Shown here: positions 38,601-52,049 of the stretch, in pieces | Layout: each line of letters begins with the position of its first letter | Numbering within the stretch: the stretch's first letter is position 1 | From: Camelus ferus | Taxonomy: Eukaryota | Direction of reading: 5' to 3' | NCBI RefSeq assembly: GCF_009834535.1 | Contig: NC_045697.1 | Coordinates: forward strand, 11,038,001 to 11,102,000 | DNA: 64,000 nucleotides | The notes under the pieces: model-generated | The model's input: the letters and a program-made list of their open reading frames with translations, nothing else | The model's database searches: none | What the model was told of the DNA's origin: nothing | Position numbers and translations under genes: made by a program

Positions 38601-40492
38601 TGGTGATACTGAAAGGTCATTAGCCCACTGGTTTGTACATAAAAGCCATTCTTTTTTATTACACAAAGATGAGTTATTCTTAATTAATATAAGAACAAAA
38701 GAAAAATTGGATTCTTTGGGTAGTATAATGATGGCCAAGGAGCAAAAAAAAAAAAAGAGGAATGCTTTGGAATTTTCTAAAAATAAATGTGCATAATTAG
38801 CATCTGGACTAAGTCCACATAGCTAAGCTACATTTCCCAGAAAGTGATATCTTTCTTTCATTACAGTATGGAATTATTCATGACAAGAGTTGGCAAACGT
38901 GTCGCCATGAGTAGTCAGAGGCTTGAGTCCCAGAGAACTGAGTTCAGGGGGGTGACCAGATCTTTGTGGCAAGTGCCATCTTAATTTGAATTTTAAAAAG
39001 CACTTTTCAAATTCATCAGAAGAATGGGATTCTTTTTGATTTAAAACTAGTCCGGAACATACAATACTATATCTTCAGAGCAACTGATTATGCTTAGGTA
39101 TGAAAAAGTTTTGGTCTGAGAAAAAGAGAAATTGGGGAAATATATGAAAAGGCTACCACTACTACGGGCATTTTCATTTTTAGTGGCTACAGGCTTTGGA
39201 AGTAGCTCCTTCATTATGGCAAAGTTTTATTTAATTATCATGGATTTCTTTTTTTCCCAATCTCAATAAGGAATTGGTGTGTTTTTCTTGAATTACCTAA
39301 GAGGAGCCCTAAGCCTACACAAACAATAATAAAGCAACAGAAAAAGGCTTTCTTTGTAATGCTTGGGCTTTGGAAGGCTAGAAATGACTGTCTACCCACA
39401 AGGTGATATAAATGTTTTGTATCTTCCATAACAAGTGAGCCAGCGGACAGAGTAAACTGTCATCCAGGTGATCATTCCTTTCTACAGAGCAAAGCTCTCT
39501 TCCCAGCACGGACTTCTGCAGGCAGTGGGGATCTTCCTGGTCCCTGATTGACAGCTTTCCTCTCTGCTCAACTGCTAAAAAGGAGGAAAGGAAAAAACCC
39601 ATCTCCTGTTCCACGTTTAAAATGTCTATTGACAAAATCAAGATGCTATCAAATCAATGGCATTTGATGATTTGCTTTTGCATTTTATAACCATTTCCTT
39701 TCCCCCCCTCTTTTTTTTTTAACACTGTCATGGGCACCCAAAGGATTAAACTGCACCAAGAAGATCAAAGAATACTTTAAATAATGAACATTTTATATTT
39801 GTTCTTTCAGCCAAATTGTGCATAAGTAACAAACCCATCTTCGGTTTTATAATTTGGGCCTTTGCAATTAACCCTGATAATTTAGCTTCTCTTAACTGTA
39901 AAGAGAGAGTTGTCATTTGTGTTTTCCACTAAAGAGATATACATTGATATTACAAATTAGTTTCACACTGAGTCTTAGTCAAAATGCAACGGACTAGTGT
40001 TCATTAAAATAAAGCTCCCTTTCCCAGATTCTTTGACTAAGTATTTGTTCTTACTAATTTTTCTTCTTGTGGGTAAATATAAAGGGATTATGTATAGTGT
40101 TCCCGAAAGGTCTTTGCCCAGGGGAAACACTCAGTGTGTCCATTTTTTGTGTGTCTGGGGAGGATGATAGAGGTAGAATGTATAGAAGATGAGGTCGCTC
40201 ATCTGCTGAGTTCCTTGCTTAATACGCTGACCAAAATCACAGAACTTCTTAAAATCTGGGGAAACAACTTTTCACACTATGAATCCCCTAATTTCATTTA
40301 TATTTTTACATTTTTTGTGTCCCTTAAAGATTATGGCTAGTTGAGTTGTAGTTAGTCAGTTTTTTCCCCTGCTTGAATTTAGCTTTAAAAATTGTTTAAT
40401 TTTAGTAATGAAACACACATACTGACCACACAATAATAGGAGAATGTTCTTTTAAGTGGAGAAGACCCTTTGTGTAAAAACCACAATTCTAT

Positions 40493-40735
40493 GTAACATA
40501 CAGCATCATGGACTATAGTGAGCAATACTGTATTATATATTTGACAGATGCTAGCAGAGTAGATTTTAAAAGTCTTCATCACAAGAAAAAAAGTGTCACT
40601 ATGTGTAGTGATGGATGTTAACTAAACTTACTGTGGTCATCATTTTACAATTTATACATAGAGCAAATCATTATGTTGTACACTTAAAACTAATACATTG
40701 TTATATGTCAATTATATCTCAGTTGAAAAAAGACA
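40493..40735 (+). mobile_element. L1MA9-like 3' end
   Basis: gactatagt...aatactgtatt...gtgatggatgttaactaaacttactgtggt...gtcaattatatctca. Short TSD core aattctat at 40485-40492 and 40740-40747. Confidence 0.85.
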
Positions 40736-41012
40736 ACAAAATTCTATTTAGCAGCCTAAGTCTTAATAGGCAGCCCAAACTCTCTTCTTGAGGGTCTATC
40801 ACATTTGGCTTTGGCGTACTCTGTACCACGTGCACATGTTTACAACAGGATCCGCCCAAAGAGTCTTGCCATGTTACCAGCAAAAACATCATCTCACAGT
40901 GCTGAAAGTGTCTGAGATGTGAGAAATCAGCTCAAAGTTTCAGAAGAAAACAGTCCTGATTATCTTTCAACACACCCAGTTAGGAAGCCCTGTCGTTGAG
41001 CCCGCCCTGTAC

Positions 41013-41185
41013 CTTGGTGAACATGGGCTTCCCGTGTTGGGTGACCATGGCGCACTGGTCGCAGTCCACCGTGATGGATGAGTTGTGGTAGGACTCTTTC
41101 GAGTGTTTGAGAATGTAATACAGGTCAGTCACCCCTCCTTCAAACACAGTGCTAAAGTAACGGGGGATGAGGGTCCTGCCGATGG
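41013..41185 (-). CDS. LDB2: LDB2 internal coding exon (173 nt, phase 1 to 0; probably exon 3)
   Basis: Translates (T)IGRTLIPRYFSTVFEGGVTDLYYILKHSKESYHNSSITVDCDQCAMVTQHGKPMFTK, which I recognise as the LDB2 dimerization domain. Acceptor tttctcccccAG at 41187-41186, branch point TGCTAAC at 41218-41212, donor AAG|GTACAG at 41012-41007. Confidence 0.98.
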
Positions 41186-41574
41186 CTGGGGGAGAAACAG
41201 AGAAACAAACTGTTAGCAGAAATATCCAGACAGTCCCATACACCCCACACCATTGCCAGATCTCCGACTGGATACAAATCAGACCAGAAGGCAAATTTCT
41301 CTTTCTCAACCGCCACGTCCCTTCTAGGTTACATTTAATACAATAAAATCCCTAAGTATTCAGGAGAAAGTCATCTTTCCAGACCTTGTGTTCACTGAAA
41401 GTCAATAGTGTGAGTGTTAGTATTTTAAACATAAGGGGGACAAATGTACTGACTACTTTGGACCTCTAAATGAACATATTTTCAAAAAATAAAGTATCCA
41501 ATTGACCTGGATTTTTCAATGGATCGTTTACAGACCAGTTACTGAATCATGTTTTATTAGTAGTAGAAGCAGTA

Positions 41575-41815
41575 GTCCTAATAATATAAATTTTGATAAT
41601 GTAATGCTTTGTGGAGTGTGAAGTATTTTGGAATTCACTCATTGGATTTTCAGAACAACCCCAAGAGAGCAGGGAACTGAGATCCCAGAAGGTTATTATG
41701 AAAGAAAAAGTTATTAGGAATGGTTTCAAAGTCACATGACTCATTAGTAAGATAATTGGGGTCTCTAACTTCAAATCTGCAAACAACCAAGACAAAAACA
41801 CTTTCCAACACTGTC
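41575..41815 (-). mobile_element. Degenerate MIR
   Basis: aggaatggtttcaaagtcacatgactcattag. Confidence 0.5.
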
Positions 41816-43349
41816 TCCAACTGATTTAATGAAAGGAAGTCTTTAAAACGTGATGCGTATCTGCATGTACAAAGAAACCCATGCCTACGTGAATGCTGAT
41901 TATTCTATCTGCTTCTGGAGTTGAATAAAATATCTTTTTAGAATAAAAGGCCCATTTTAAGAGAACTTGATACCTTCCACTTGGTCTAAATCGGTCTCTT
42001 TCATTCCGTGTGTCCTGTCCTGCCCCATTTTAGTTTGAGATTGGTAAGTAGCTGGGTCTCTCTGATATATGACGCTTAGAAACAGCTAACAAGCCCTGGC
42101 TTTAGCAGAGACTTTAAATCCTCTTACACCGAAAATCCCAACTCATAATATCAGGAATTTTGCCTATGTGCAGATTTTGAGGCAAAGTACTAAAGCCCTC
42201 TCAAGTGATCCAAGGTTTTTTAATAAATCTCTTAACCTTCACTATATACAGCTTCCTCAAAGACAAAAATAGTATTTAAGATAAATAAATTACCAAAGAG
42301 AGCTTTAGTAGGAAAGATCATGCAATCTTCACTTGAATGTTTTAAAATGTTTAATTTCATTTTAAAAGAATTGGTATTAATCCATTTCATATGGATCTTT
42401 ATCTCTTTTGTACATGGATTTGGAAAAAATAATAACTACAAAAAGACCCTGCCAAACTTCTTTCTGAAGTGATCTCTAAAGAAGCCCAATGTGGATGACT
42501 GGTCTCTGAATAATTTATACAGTTGTTATTGCTTCATATTTACTGCAGTGAAACCAATCAACAAGTGTGCGCTAAATATTCCAGGATCTTTGGCAATTTC
42601 ATCCTAAACAATCCTTACACATACATTTCCTAAATACTGCCTAATCCCCAAATGTGCAGATTTATTTGCTAAATATTAAATTCAAAGAAGAGTAATTTGA
42701 GCTCACCAGATCCTAAAACATATGCATAGCTGATCTATTATGACGAAAACTTTGTTAATGCGAAAAACCTTATTGTACTTTGCTAAACAGCGAAAACTAA
42801 TCAAATGCATTTCAAATCTTCTAACCTAAAACTAATTACCATATATCAACTCTAGTAATTTGACATTTTGGGATCTGTACTGTGGCAAATAAATACTAAC
42901 TATAAAAAAAAAATAGATGTAGGGTGAAAATATTTCACTATAATATCCAAGGAATTGTCACATTAAAAAGGTTACTGCAAATAAACATCACTGGATTAGT
43001 CACGTTATCGTTTATTCATGAATCCTGCACAATTTAATTTCTTCATAGTAGGGTTTGCTATCTATTATCATTATTTTCATTCATAGTTTAAGGAAAGTCA
43101 AATGGGAAAAATATTTGAAATTTCTTAACTTTAAGTATCAATTGAAAACTCCAGGTAATGTACAGACTACACAAAAAATAGATTTAGAGGGAAATTCAGG
43201 TTTGCTTCCTTAAATACTTTCTAGCCCCGAAGGAAATGATTGGTGTAGATACCTGAGCTTTGTTTTCAGCCCTGTTTCCTTTGTGGGATGGCCTCTACCA
43301 TTTTTTCTGTGGTCTTGCATGGACCATAACTCACAAAGCTCCATTATCC

Positions 43350-43868
43350 ACGGTGGTAGGCTGTTAGCCTGACTGCCCCAATGAACCACAACAATGGAAT
43401 TCCTGCCGTTGCCTTCTTCTCAAATCTAGGCTGGGCCCTGTCATCTGTTTTACTTAATAGAATGTGGCACAAGTGACCTGTGTCCCTTGGGGCCAAACCT
43501 AAAAAGGCCTAGAAGTTTCTACTTTGTGCTTGCAGGACAATCAGTTGCTGTGTAAAAAGTCCAGCTACCCTAAGGCTGCCATCCCATGGGAAGCCCAACC
43601 CAGCCATGGGGAACAGTCCCATGAAGGGGAACCGTGTCTTCCAGACGACAGCCAGCACCAGCTTGTGCGGGTGAGGCCATTTTGGAAGTGGATTCCCTGA
43701 GCCCTGGATGAGCTGCCTCAAGCTGGTTGCACAAGGACCAGAGATGAACTGCCTCTCATAGATTTTGTGCCCCAGATTGCAGAATCATGAGTAAATAATA
43801 GACATGTTTGTATTTTAAGCCAGTAAGTCTTGGGGCATTTTTAAGTGTAGCAATGGATAATCATAGCA
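43350..43868 (+). mobile_element. MLT1F/H-like LTR, followed by an older MLT1 fragment to about 44172
   Basis: gcccagattgcagaatcatgagtaaataa...ttttaagccagtaagt...gcaatggataa. Confidence 0.75.
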
Positions 43869-44252
43869 CTCTTTCAACCTCTTAGGTTACAAATACGGGC
43901 AGATGAGATTAGAATCCTCCACTGAAAGAAAGAGGGCAGTGTTGCCACTAAAAGCCTGTGACTCATAGAAGTCCTGAAGCTTGCATACAAGGAAAAGCAG
44001 ACTAGAGAGACAGTCTTTGTAGACTGACGTGGGCCCTCAGCTTAGCTGGGAATGAACCAGCTCCGTCCCTTGGACTTCTCAATTACATGAGATGTACCCC
44101 CTCTTCTTCTGGCTTAAGTGAGTGTATGTTAGCTTTCTGTGATTTTACAAACAGGGGAATCCTGATTAATGCTGTCTTGTTCCAGCGTGGAATAGGGGCA
44201 TGAACACGTGTAAAACAAAAAAAAGTGATGAGAAAAAGATGTTGTCAGAGAC

Positions 44253-44935
44253 TGTATCAGTTTTTTATTGTTGCTGTAACAAATTACTACAAACTTAGTG
44301 GCTTAAAATCTATCTATCTATCTATCTATGTATCTATCTATGTATCTATCTATGTATCTATGTATCTATCTATGTATCTATGTATCTATCTATGTATCTA
44401 TGTATGTATGTATGTATGCATCTATCTATCTATCTATCTATCTATGTATCTATCTATCTACCTATCTATCTGTATTTATCTATCTATCTATCTATGTATC
44501 TATCTATGTATCTATCTATCTGTTTATTTATCTTATAGTTCTGACAATCTGTCATAGATCTTGCTGGGCCAAATGCAAGGTGTTAGCAGAGCTGCATACC
44601 TGTCTAGAGGCTCTAGGGGATGATTTGTTTTCTTGTTTTTCCCAGCATGTATAGGCTGCTCCTTGGCTGTGGCCTCTTTTTCCACCTTCAGGCAGCAATA
44701 GTGGATGGATTCCTAATGATCTCACTCTCACTTCCTCTTCTGCCTCCCTCTTCCACTTTTAAGGACCCTTGTGATTGCACTGGGCCCATCCAAATAATCC
44801 AAGATCACCTCTCATCTCAAGGTCCTTAATTTAATCAGGTCTACAACATTCCTTTTGCCAGGTAAGGTAACATATTCGTAGGTACCAGGGATTGGGACTG
44901 GACATCTCTGGGGAGTCATTATCCTATCCATCCCA
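44253..44935 (-). mobile_element. MLT1C/D-like solo LTR
   Basis: ttgctgtaacaaattactacaaacttagtggcttaaaa...aaggacccttgtgattgcactgggccc...gtaaggtaacatattc. Confidence 0.9.
44308..44533 (+). repeat. Compound (TATC)/(TATG) tetranucleotide STR, about 225 bp
   Basis: Direct reading. Confidence 0.97.
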
Positions 44936-47419
44936 AAGATTATCTTTATCAAAGAGCTTCTGTTCTGCAAGGGAGTATAGTCAAAAATATAACACACACA
45001 CACACACACACGCATGGTGCAACATATAGGTAACTTGCAGCAAATGGGACAAATAACCAGAAAAAAAAATTGCATGTGCTTGAGGAAATCTCCCTATAAC
45101 TCATTCACTGGTTTCTTCTGTAAACATTCACTGAACCCAGAGTAGACGTAAAGCTCCTTGGCAGGTGCTAGAAGCACAAAGATCGATTTTTGTCCCTGTC
45201 TTTCCACCTCATTTCTAATAACAAATATCTAAGTACAACACAATGTGAAAATGGTTAAAGTTAAAAAAAAACAGATTTGTGATTTTGAACTCTGCCCTTT
45301 TCTTCTGAATGCTGGATTCAGTGTACCATTATATTATTTTTAAAGCACTGAGAAGATTAAAATGTCCTTTTAATTTAATAAATCGTGCAACCACACTGCA
45401 CAGCCTAATATAAATGACTTTAAATCAGTAGACATTTCAGATTTAGATTCAGTGGTTCCCTAACTTACCAGCCACATCAGTTCTAAATCTACTTAAGTTT
45501 TACACTGTCACACTGATAAGCTACACTTATGCTTTACATTTGTGCTTTAATCCTTGGAATTAAAACCAATTTAAATATTGATATGCATAAACTTACATTG
45601 TGCTTCCATGAAGAGGATTGTATCTTTCACATAGACTTGAAGAGAGATTAAGATTCTAGTAGATTACAAAAGAGATTCCAGTTTTCTAATACATTTAGGT
45701 CAAAGCTCCAAAAATTGAAAAGAGAAAGTACAGTAAGCAAGGGGCAGATTTTCTGTGATGTTAGCAGAGTGGAATACAGTATATATTATTTATCCATGTA
45801 TTCATGAAACAGAAAGGAAAATCACAGATTAAATTATTCAGGAGCCTGAAATATGTATAAAGAACCTTTAAATAATGTTCTACCTTGTAGGTAAACATGA
45901 TTAGTCTGGAAATAGCTAATAGTTTATCCATAGCTAATTTGGATGTTGAGCTCTGAACTCCAGTTCCTTGGAAAGTTTTCCATTGTTGTTCTGTTTTGTT
46001 CCCAAGCATTGGCCCTCACTCCACAGAAGTTCTTCCTATGGGCATTGGTAGGCTGATGGGGGTGTAGAGGTAGGGTCTAGCTTCTATCTCTTCTTGAGGC
46101 ATTATTCAGAGATGTTAGGACATCTACAGTATACTTGTAGATATTAGCTGATTTTTTCCCCCATTGAGAAACCAAATGGTACAAGTTGGAAACTCTTAAT
46201 CACTGAGAAGATACAAACTAACATGCATCTGCCTTTTGGAGCATTTCGTCTCTATTAATAATTCTCAAATGTTTTTCTCAAACTCAAGGATGTTTACAAG
46301 GGCATTCACATGAAAGAAATTGCAAGAAGTAAATAATCATATGGGAAAATGTTGAAACTAGTAATCAAAATAGTAATAAAAAGATTAAAACACAAACCTG
46401 ATGAGGTTCTGGTGAAACAGGCATCCTCAAATACTTCTAGTGAAATCAGTGCAACAACTGTTCCTTATCTTAAGAATCTCTAATTCTCTGATAGTTTGTT
46501 ACATGGGACTCTAAGCGCTTCATAAATAAAAACACTTGCCAAACTGCAGTTTTAATGTTCAGATCTTGAATGTGCTGAAGTACTCCAAGTCTTTTGAGAA
46601 GCCATTGTCCAATGTTAAGAACTTTTAATTTGGGGCCATTACTTATATTCTAAATGCCTGTAATTTCATTTTTCAAAGAAAATCCACTTCAAAAACAAGG
46701 AAAGAAGTTGAGGACCCCAATTAAAACACAGAACAAGAGGAATGTTTGTAACTAACAATATATTAATACCACTTAACCGTTCACAATTATTTAGCTAATG
46801 GTTTTCTACTTCATTGGAAAAAGAAAACCATATAACCACACCACACATTTGTGTTTTTAATTAGGTGAAGTTAATTATAATAAAACAATAGATAATTATG
46901 ATTTTTAAACATTTTTTGTAAACATAATAATGGCTAAACTGTTGTCTAAATCTGAGTAGTTTGATACAGTTGTTTTAAATCAGTAGTACCTCGGAAATCC
47001 AAATAAAAATCCTACCACTGAGACACCACTACCTAATAAACACAAAATTCTACTACATCGTAAACACAAAGATTCATTAAACTCTAGACTTACCTGGATG
47101 CAGAAAATAAGTAAATGCATTATGCTAACATGTAAATGGAGATACTCTTAGCAGGGAAATAAACAACATGGATGTTTTTATTTGTGGTAAATAACCATTA
47201 TAAATAGCCAAAACAATGGGAATGAAACACTCAAACTTTGATGGGGTGATATGGGTTCAAGGCAGATTCCTTTGTCCTAATGAAGGGAAAGCAAGCCAGA
47301 CTCACTCTATTTTCACAAACTGACATCATTTTCATTCTAACGTATCTTCTACTTCTTCCCTCAAACAAAGCAATCTGACTTACACATCTTTCTTGTGATG
47401 TCAAAGACTCTTTGATTTA

Positions 47420-47870
47420 ATCTGTTTATTAAATACTTGCTCTGGGCCTGACATTGTTCTAGGTCCTGGGGATAAGTAGCAGACACGTGGGAAGACAGAG
47501 AATACAGCTGATGGTGGAAGAAGGCAGCTAGTTTAGACGGGTGGGTCTGGAAGGCTGTGGTGCAGAGGTGTTGATGGAGCTGAGTCCTGACTGAACAGGA
47601 GGAACTGGAAGTGGAGAGGTCCAAGCCCAGGGACCAGCGAGCGCAAAGGCCCTAAGACAGGAATGAGTTGGAACTGAATGAGCTTCGTGTGTCCCAGTAT
47701 CAGAAAGAAGGCAGGAGCCCCAGAGAGGGGAGTGAGATGAGCTCAGAGAAAGAGTCAGGGCCAGATTATGTGAACCTTCTAGGCCATGGCCAAGGACTTG
47801 CACGTCATCCTTAGGGCAATGAAATAGCACTGGAAGGCGTTAGCCAATGATGTGATCAGATGGATCTACT
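47420..47870 (-). mobile_element. L2 fragment
   Basis: gcaaaggccctaagacaggaatgag...aggccatggccaaggacttg. Confidence 0.75.
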
Positions 47871-48799
47871 CTGTTTTTAAATGTATTATGATCTGATGAA
47901 AAGTCCTGTTTTTAAATATATCCATCTGTCAACATGGTCCCCAAATTTTGGATCCTCCCAGAAACCTAATAGGCATTTTTCTTCCATTAAAAAAAAAATG
48001 TCTTAACTAAGACTTCAGCCACACCACCTTGCATAGGTGCTGGAGAAACAATGGTGAATATGATCAACCCCTTCCTGCTCTTAGGGAGCTTCCAATCAAC
48101 CAATTCTTAGAGCTATTAATTATTTAATTAAGGACAAACAGGGTGCTTGTCATGGGTCTCTCTTGTTCTCCACTGTTTATCCATTGCCTGGCACTCAATT
48201 GGGTCCCAATATGTACTTGCTGAATGAGTCGATGCAGTCAATGAATGGCTTTACAGGTTCCAAGTTGTAAGAACTTTCATGGAAGCCTTGCCTCATTTCT
48301 CATTTAATTCAACCAGTGCTTTGGTGTAATCGGATAATTTTGGATCCTGAATTTTCCAGTTATACCACAGGGTGTTTCTCTCACTTGTGTGCCTTTCATG
48401 ATGGGTAAAATTTCTTTATCCCTTTGTCCAAAGTATTGATAATATGGTACAGGTGAGGTCCACAGCCATGGCTGGACCTCTTACCGTAACTGAATGCCCT
48501 TTAGAGTGGGAAATTGAAATCCTTGAATCCTTGACTCCAGAATAAGTCCATGGTCTAGTTACTGATATCTTGTGGTCACAATGCAGGGTCAGTGGGGAGA
48601 GAGTGAGATGTAGGGAAGACCTAAGCTGAAGGATGAATAGACATGAGTCAGGCACAGGGGACCAGGGGGAGTAGTCCTGGCTAAGGAAACAGCATGTGTT
48701 AAGGAGCAAGTGCACTACCCATGATTTGTGCTGCTGCCATCACCAAATCTTAGCTATTTGTACCTTGTCTGGATGAACTAACTACTCTTATATAATGTT

Positions 48800-49750
48800 C
48801 CCTCACTCTTTCCTTGTGACAGTATGATGTTCTTTTAGTTATCCAGACTTTATAAAGTTTACTTTATAATGTAAGGTAGATTCACTTCTGCCCTTTGTAT
48901 TATTTTTATTTCAACATATTCATAATTACTCTGTTTATTCCTCAAGATGAACCTTAAGATAATTCTGTCAAGTCCCATCACACCCAAAGAAAAATTGGAA
49001 AGAGTTTGATTTAAAATTAAATTAAATTTGCTAAGAAAGAGTCAGCATATTTAAAATATCCAATCTTCCTGCACAAGCACCAGTAAAATCTTTGTCCATT
49101 TGTTTAAATCTTTATTTCTACCTCAAAATAATTCTGTAGTTTTCTAACTGTAGATAGCTAACAGTTCTTGTTAATATAATTCTCGAATATTTTAGTTACG
49201 CTGAATAGTTAGTTAATGTAATTTTTTCATGATAGTTCTATTTGGAACACAGACACTTACTTGAATGCTCTCACTGTTTTAATAGTTTTTTGAAAGGTTG
49301 TTTTGAGTTCTCTAGGTGAAGAAATCTATGCAGTCCCTTCCTTCTTTCCAATATGTTTATATCTATTTTATTACAATAGTTAGAATGGCTTTTCTAGAAA
49401 ACAAAGTGTTAAATCATGAGGGAAATAGTAGGCTTTCTTCCTCCTCCCTAATTTTTTGGGGGAATTGCCTCAAGGATTAAGGGAAGTACTATATGTTGGT
49501 TTGAGATCAGATCAGGTTACCTATTATGGAAAGAAAAAAACATTCTTCTAATTCTTGGTTTTATGATTTTTTTCCTTTTTAATCATTATGGATGTTTAAT
49601 TTGATCATGTCTTCTCATTTACTATTGAATTGATTGTCTAATTTCCTTTAGAAAGCTATCTATTAATGAACTTTCAATTATTGAATTATTTTTGTACTCA
49701 GAATAAACCTTACTCTATCGTGCACATATATTTTTAATAAATTTTATTTA
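48800..49750 (-). mobile_element. Old, degenerate L1M fragment
   Basis: T-rich; gaaccttaagataattctgtcaagt, aataaaccttact. Confidence 0.6.
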
Positions 49751-50299
49751 TTAAAGAGGCAGAGAAGACCTCAAGTTTAGTCTGGTGATTCCCAGTGGCA
49801 TTTTCTAATCCCAATGGAGTTCTGAAAATCTTAAAATATATCCCTGGCTAGTTCCATTTTTCAAAATGCCATTAAAAAAAGAATATGTTTAGCATGTTTC
49901 TCTGATTCGAGTAGGAATAAACTCAACTCATGGTGAAACTGATTAGCTCTTGATTAGTGATTATGAATAACACTTAACATATGTGGGAAACATATAATAC
50001 AAAATACTAACAATTATTTAATAAATGTAATGAGGTTATCCATGATTATATTCCATGACCTAATTCTACAGCAGAAGAATCTGATGACCAAGAGAAGAAA
50101 ACTGCATTGCTACTTTGAGCCAGGCTGAGATAGAGTAGAATGAGTAATAAATAAAATTTTTCTCATAAATTCTTTCATAAATAAAATTTATTAAAAATGT
50201 ATGTGTTTTAATCAACCATCCCTCATTTATTTCTATGCCTGAATTGTTGTTAATTTTTTAACTATATAAGACATACACATGTGAAAAATTAATAAAGTA

Positions 50300-50762
50300 C
50301 ATTGCAGAGACTCACTAACTGTTCACCAGATCTGATTTCTTTTTCTAGGCACAGAGTAGTACTCACTTCCTACACTACCTCTCGGTTTGGTGCCACATTG
50401 TGATCCAGTTGTAACCAACATCCAAGGGATGCTTCCATTGTTCTCATGTTTTCAACCAAGTAGACATCAAGAAGGAACATTCAGCTTTCAGACATGATGA
50501 GTAAAATCGTTCAATGTGTAACTGGCAAGCTCTTCCCCACCTTGGTGAGCCAGATGTTGAAGACTTGAGACGGGATTCCATGGTCCCCCACCCGCCGTGG
50601 ATGAAGTAGCCAGGACATGGGAGGAGCCTGGATACCACCAGGAGATCTGTCACATATCCGGAAAACCTACTTGGACCTTGGAACAAAAAATATCTTTCTA
50701 TTGTGTTCAAGCCACTGAAATATCATGGTTTATTTGTTTAAGTAGCTAGGGTTGAATAATGC
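50300..50762 (+). mobile_element. MLT1 LTR nested in a minus-strand old L1M (about 50170-50300 and 50765-51325)
   Basis: tttctattgtgttcaagccactgaaat...ggtttatttgtt at the 3' end; L1-like flanks (aatttactcccccaccagc). Confidence 0.6.
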
Positions 50763-52049
50763 AATTCCTAAGAAGTCTAAATTTCCTTGACCATCCTGTA
50801 CCCACCAATGTCAGTGCCTTCACCTCTCCTTAAGTCACCTTTGTTATCAGTATGCTATGTGGCCTTCTAATTTTTTTAATTATACATTTATCTTCATGTA
50901 TATGTCCCCAGAGAAAACACACATCATTTTGTGTGAGTGCTTTTTGTTTTGTTCTGTTTGTTTTACATAAAATTTACTACAATAAATGTATCTATAGGGA
51001 ACTCTTTTTTTCACTTGTAGTACATTTTTGAGTTCTAAGGCTAATTCATTGACTTTAATCACTGTACTGTATTCCAGAGTCCAGCTGTTTCACACATTAT
51101 TTAGACATTCCCTTGTTGAGGGACATAGACATTGTTTTTCAACTTTTTCCAAAAGGATTATCACTGAAAAGGGAAAAAAAATATTTTGTTTAACTAAGTA
51201 CCAGTAATCATTCTAATTGTTGTGACCAATTTACTCCCCCACCAGCCCTGATAGTACATGTTTTACCCACAACATCACCAGCACTGAATACTGTTATTTT
51301 TTACTTTTTTTTTTTGCCATTTAGCTCACAAATGTCCCTTACAAAGTGGCAGCCCTGGAGTACTCAAAGTTTTACCTACACCTAGATGATGAAATTAAGT
51401 GATTTATTCCAGACTTCCAGCTCATGGGGTTATTGCTCTATAATGAATCACCCACATCTGACATTTTCAGATGGTTTGCCATTTTTTGGAATTTTATTTT
51501 ACTCCAAATCCCTTCACTTGACTAAAGAGAGGGAGTGGGGGGAAAACCAAAACTACTCCAGACTAGAGAAATGAAAAATTGATTGATTTTTCAAAGGTAC
51601 CAAACACCAAGAATTCTTATGAAATTATTTTAATATGATTTACCAGGTCTTCTTGAACTCAAACCCATGGGGACACTACAAGTCATTCAACTTCGTGTTT
51701 TAATATCAGCACAGTTCAGCTGGGTTAGAGAAATGTTGCCAAAGAAACAGACATATGTGGGTGATTTCAAACTTAATCAAAACCAGAACTCAGCAAACTT
51801 CAGTAATGCCAAGGGTGGCGAAAGAGATGATTTGTCTCTGTCGAGAGAGGCAGACATGGGTAAAACTGGGCTCCCCCCAGGCTGGATATTATACAAGACG
51901 ACCCCTCTGAGGTGTTTAGTGGTCACTGAAATAGAAGCTAATAAAACATGACCCTTTAAAGTGGGTTTTGAAGTCACAGGAAAGGTTTGTAGAATTAAAA
52001 TAATAAACTGGCTGTCCACTCCCCATCCTTCTCCCAACTCCATTTTGAC

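Noticed and set aside
44225..44654. Repetitive IYLS/MYLS ORFs
   Set aside because: Artefacts of the tetranucleotide STR.
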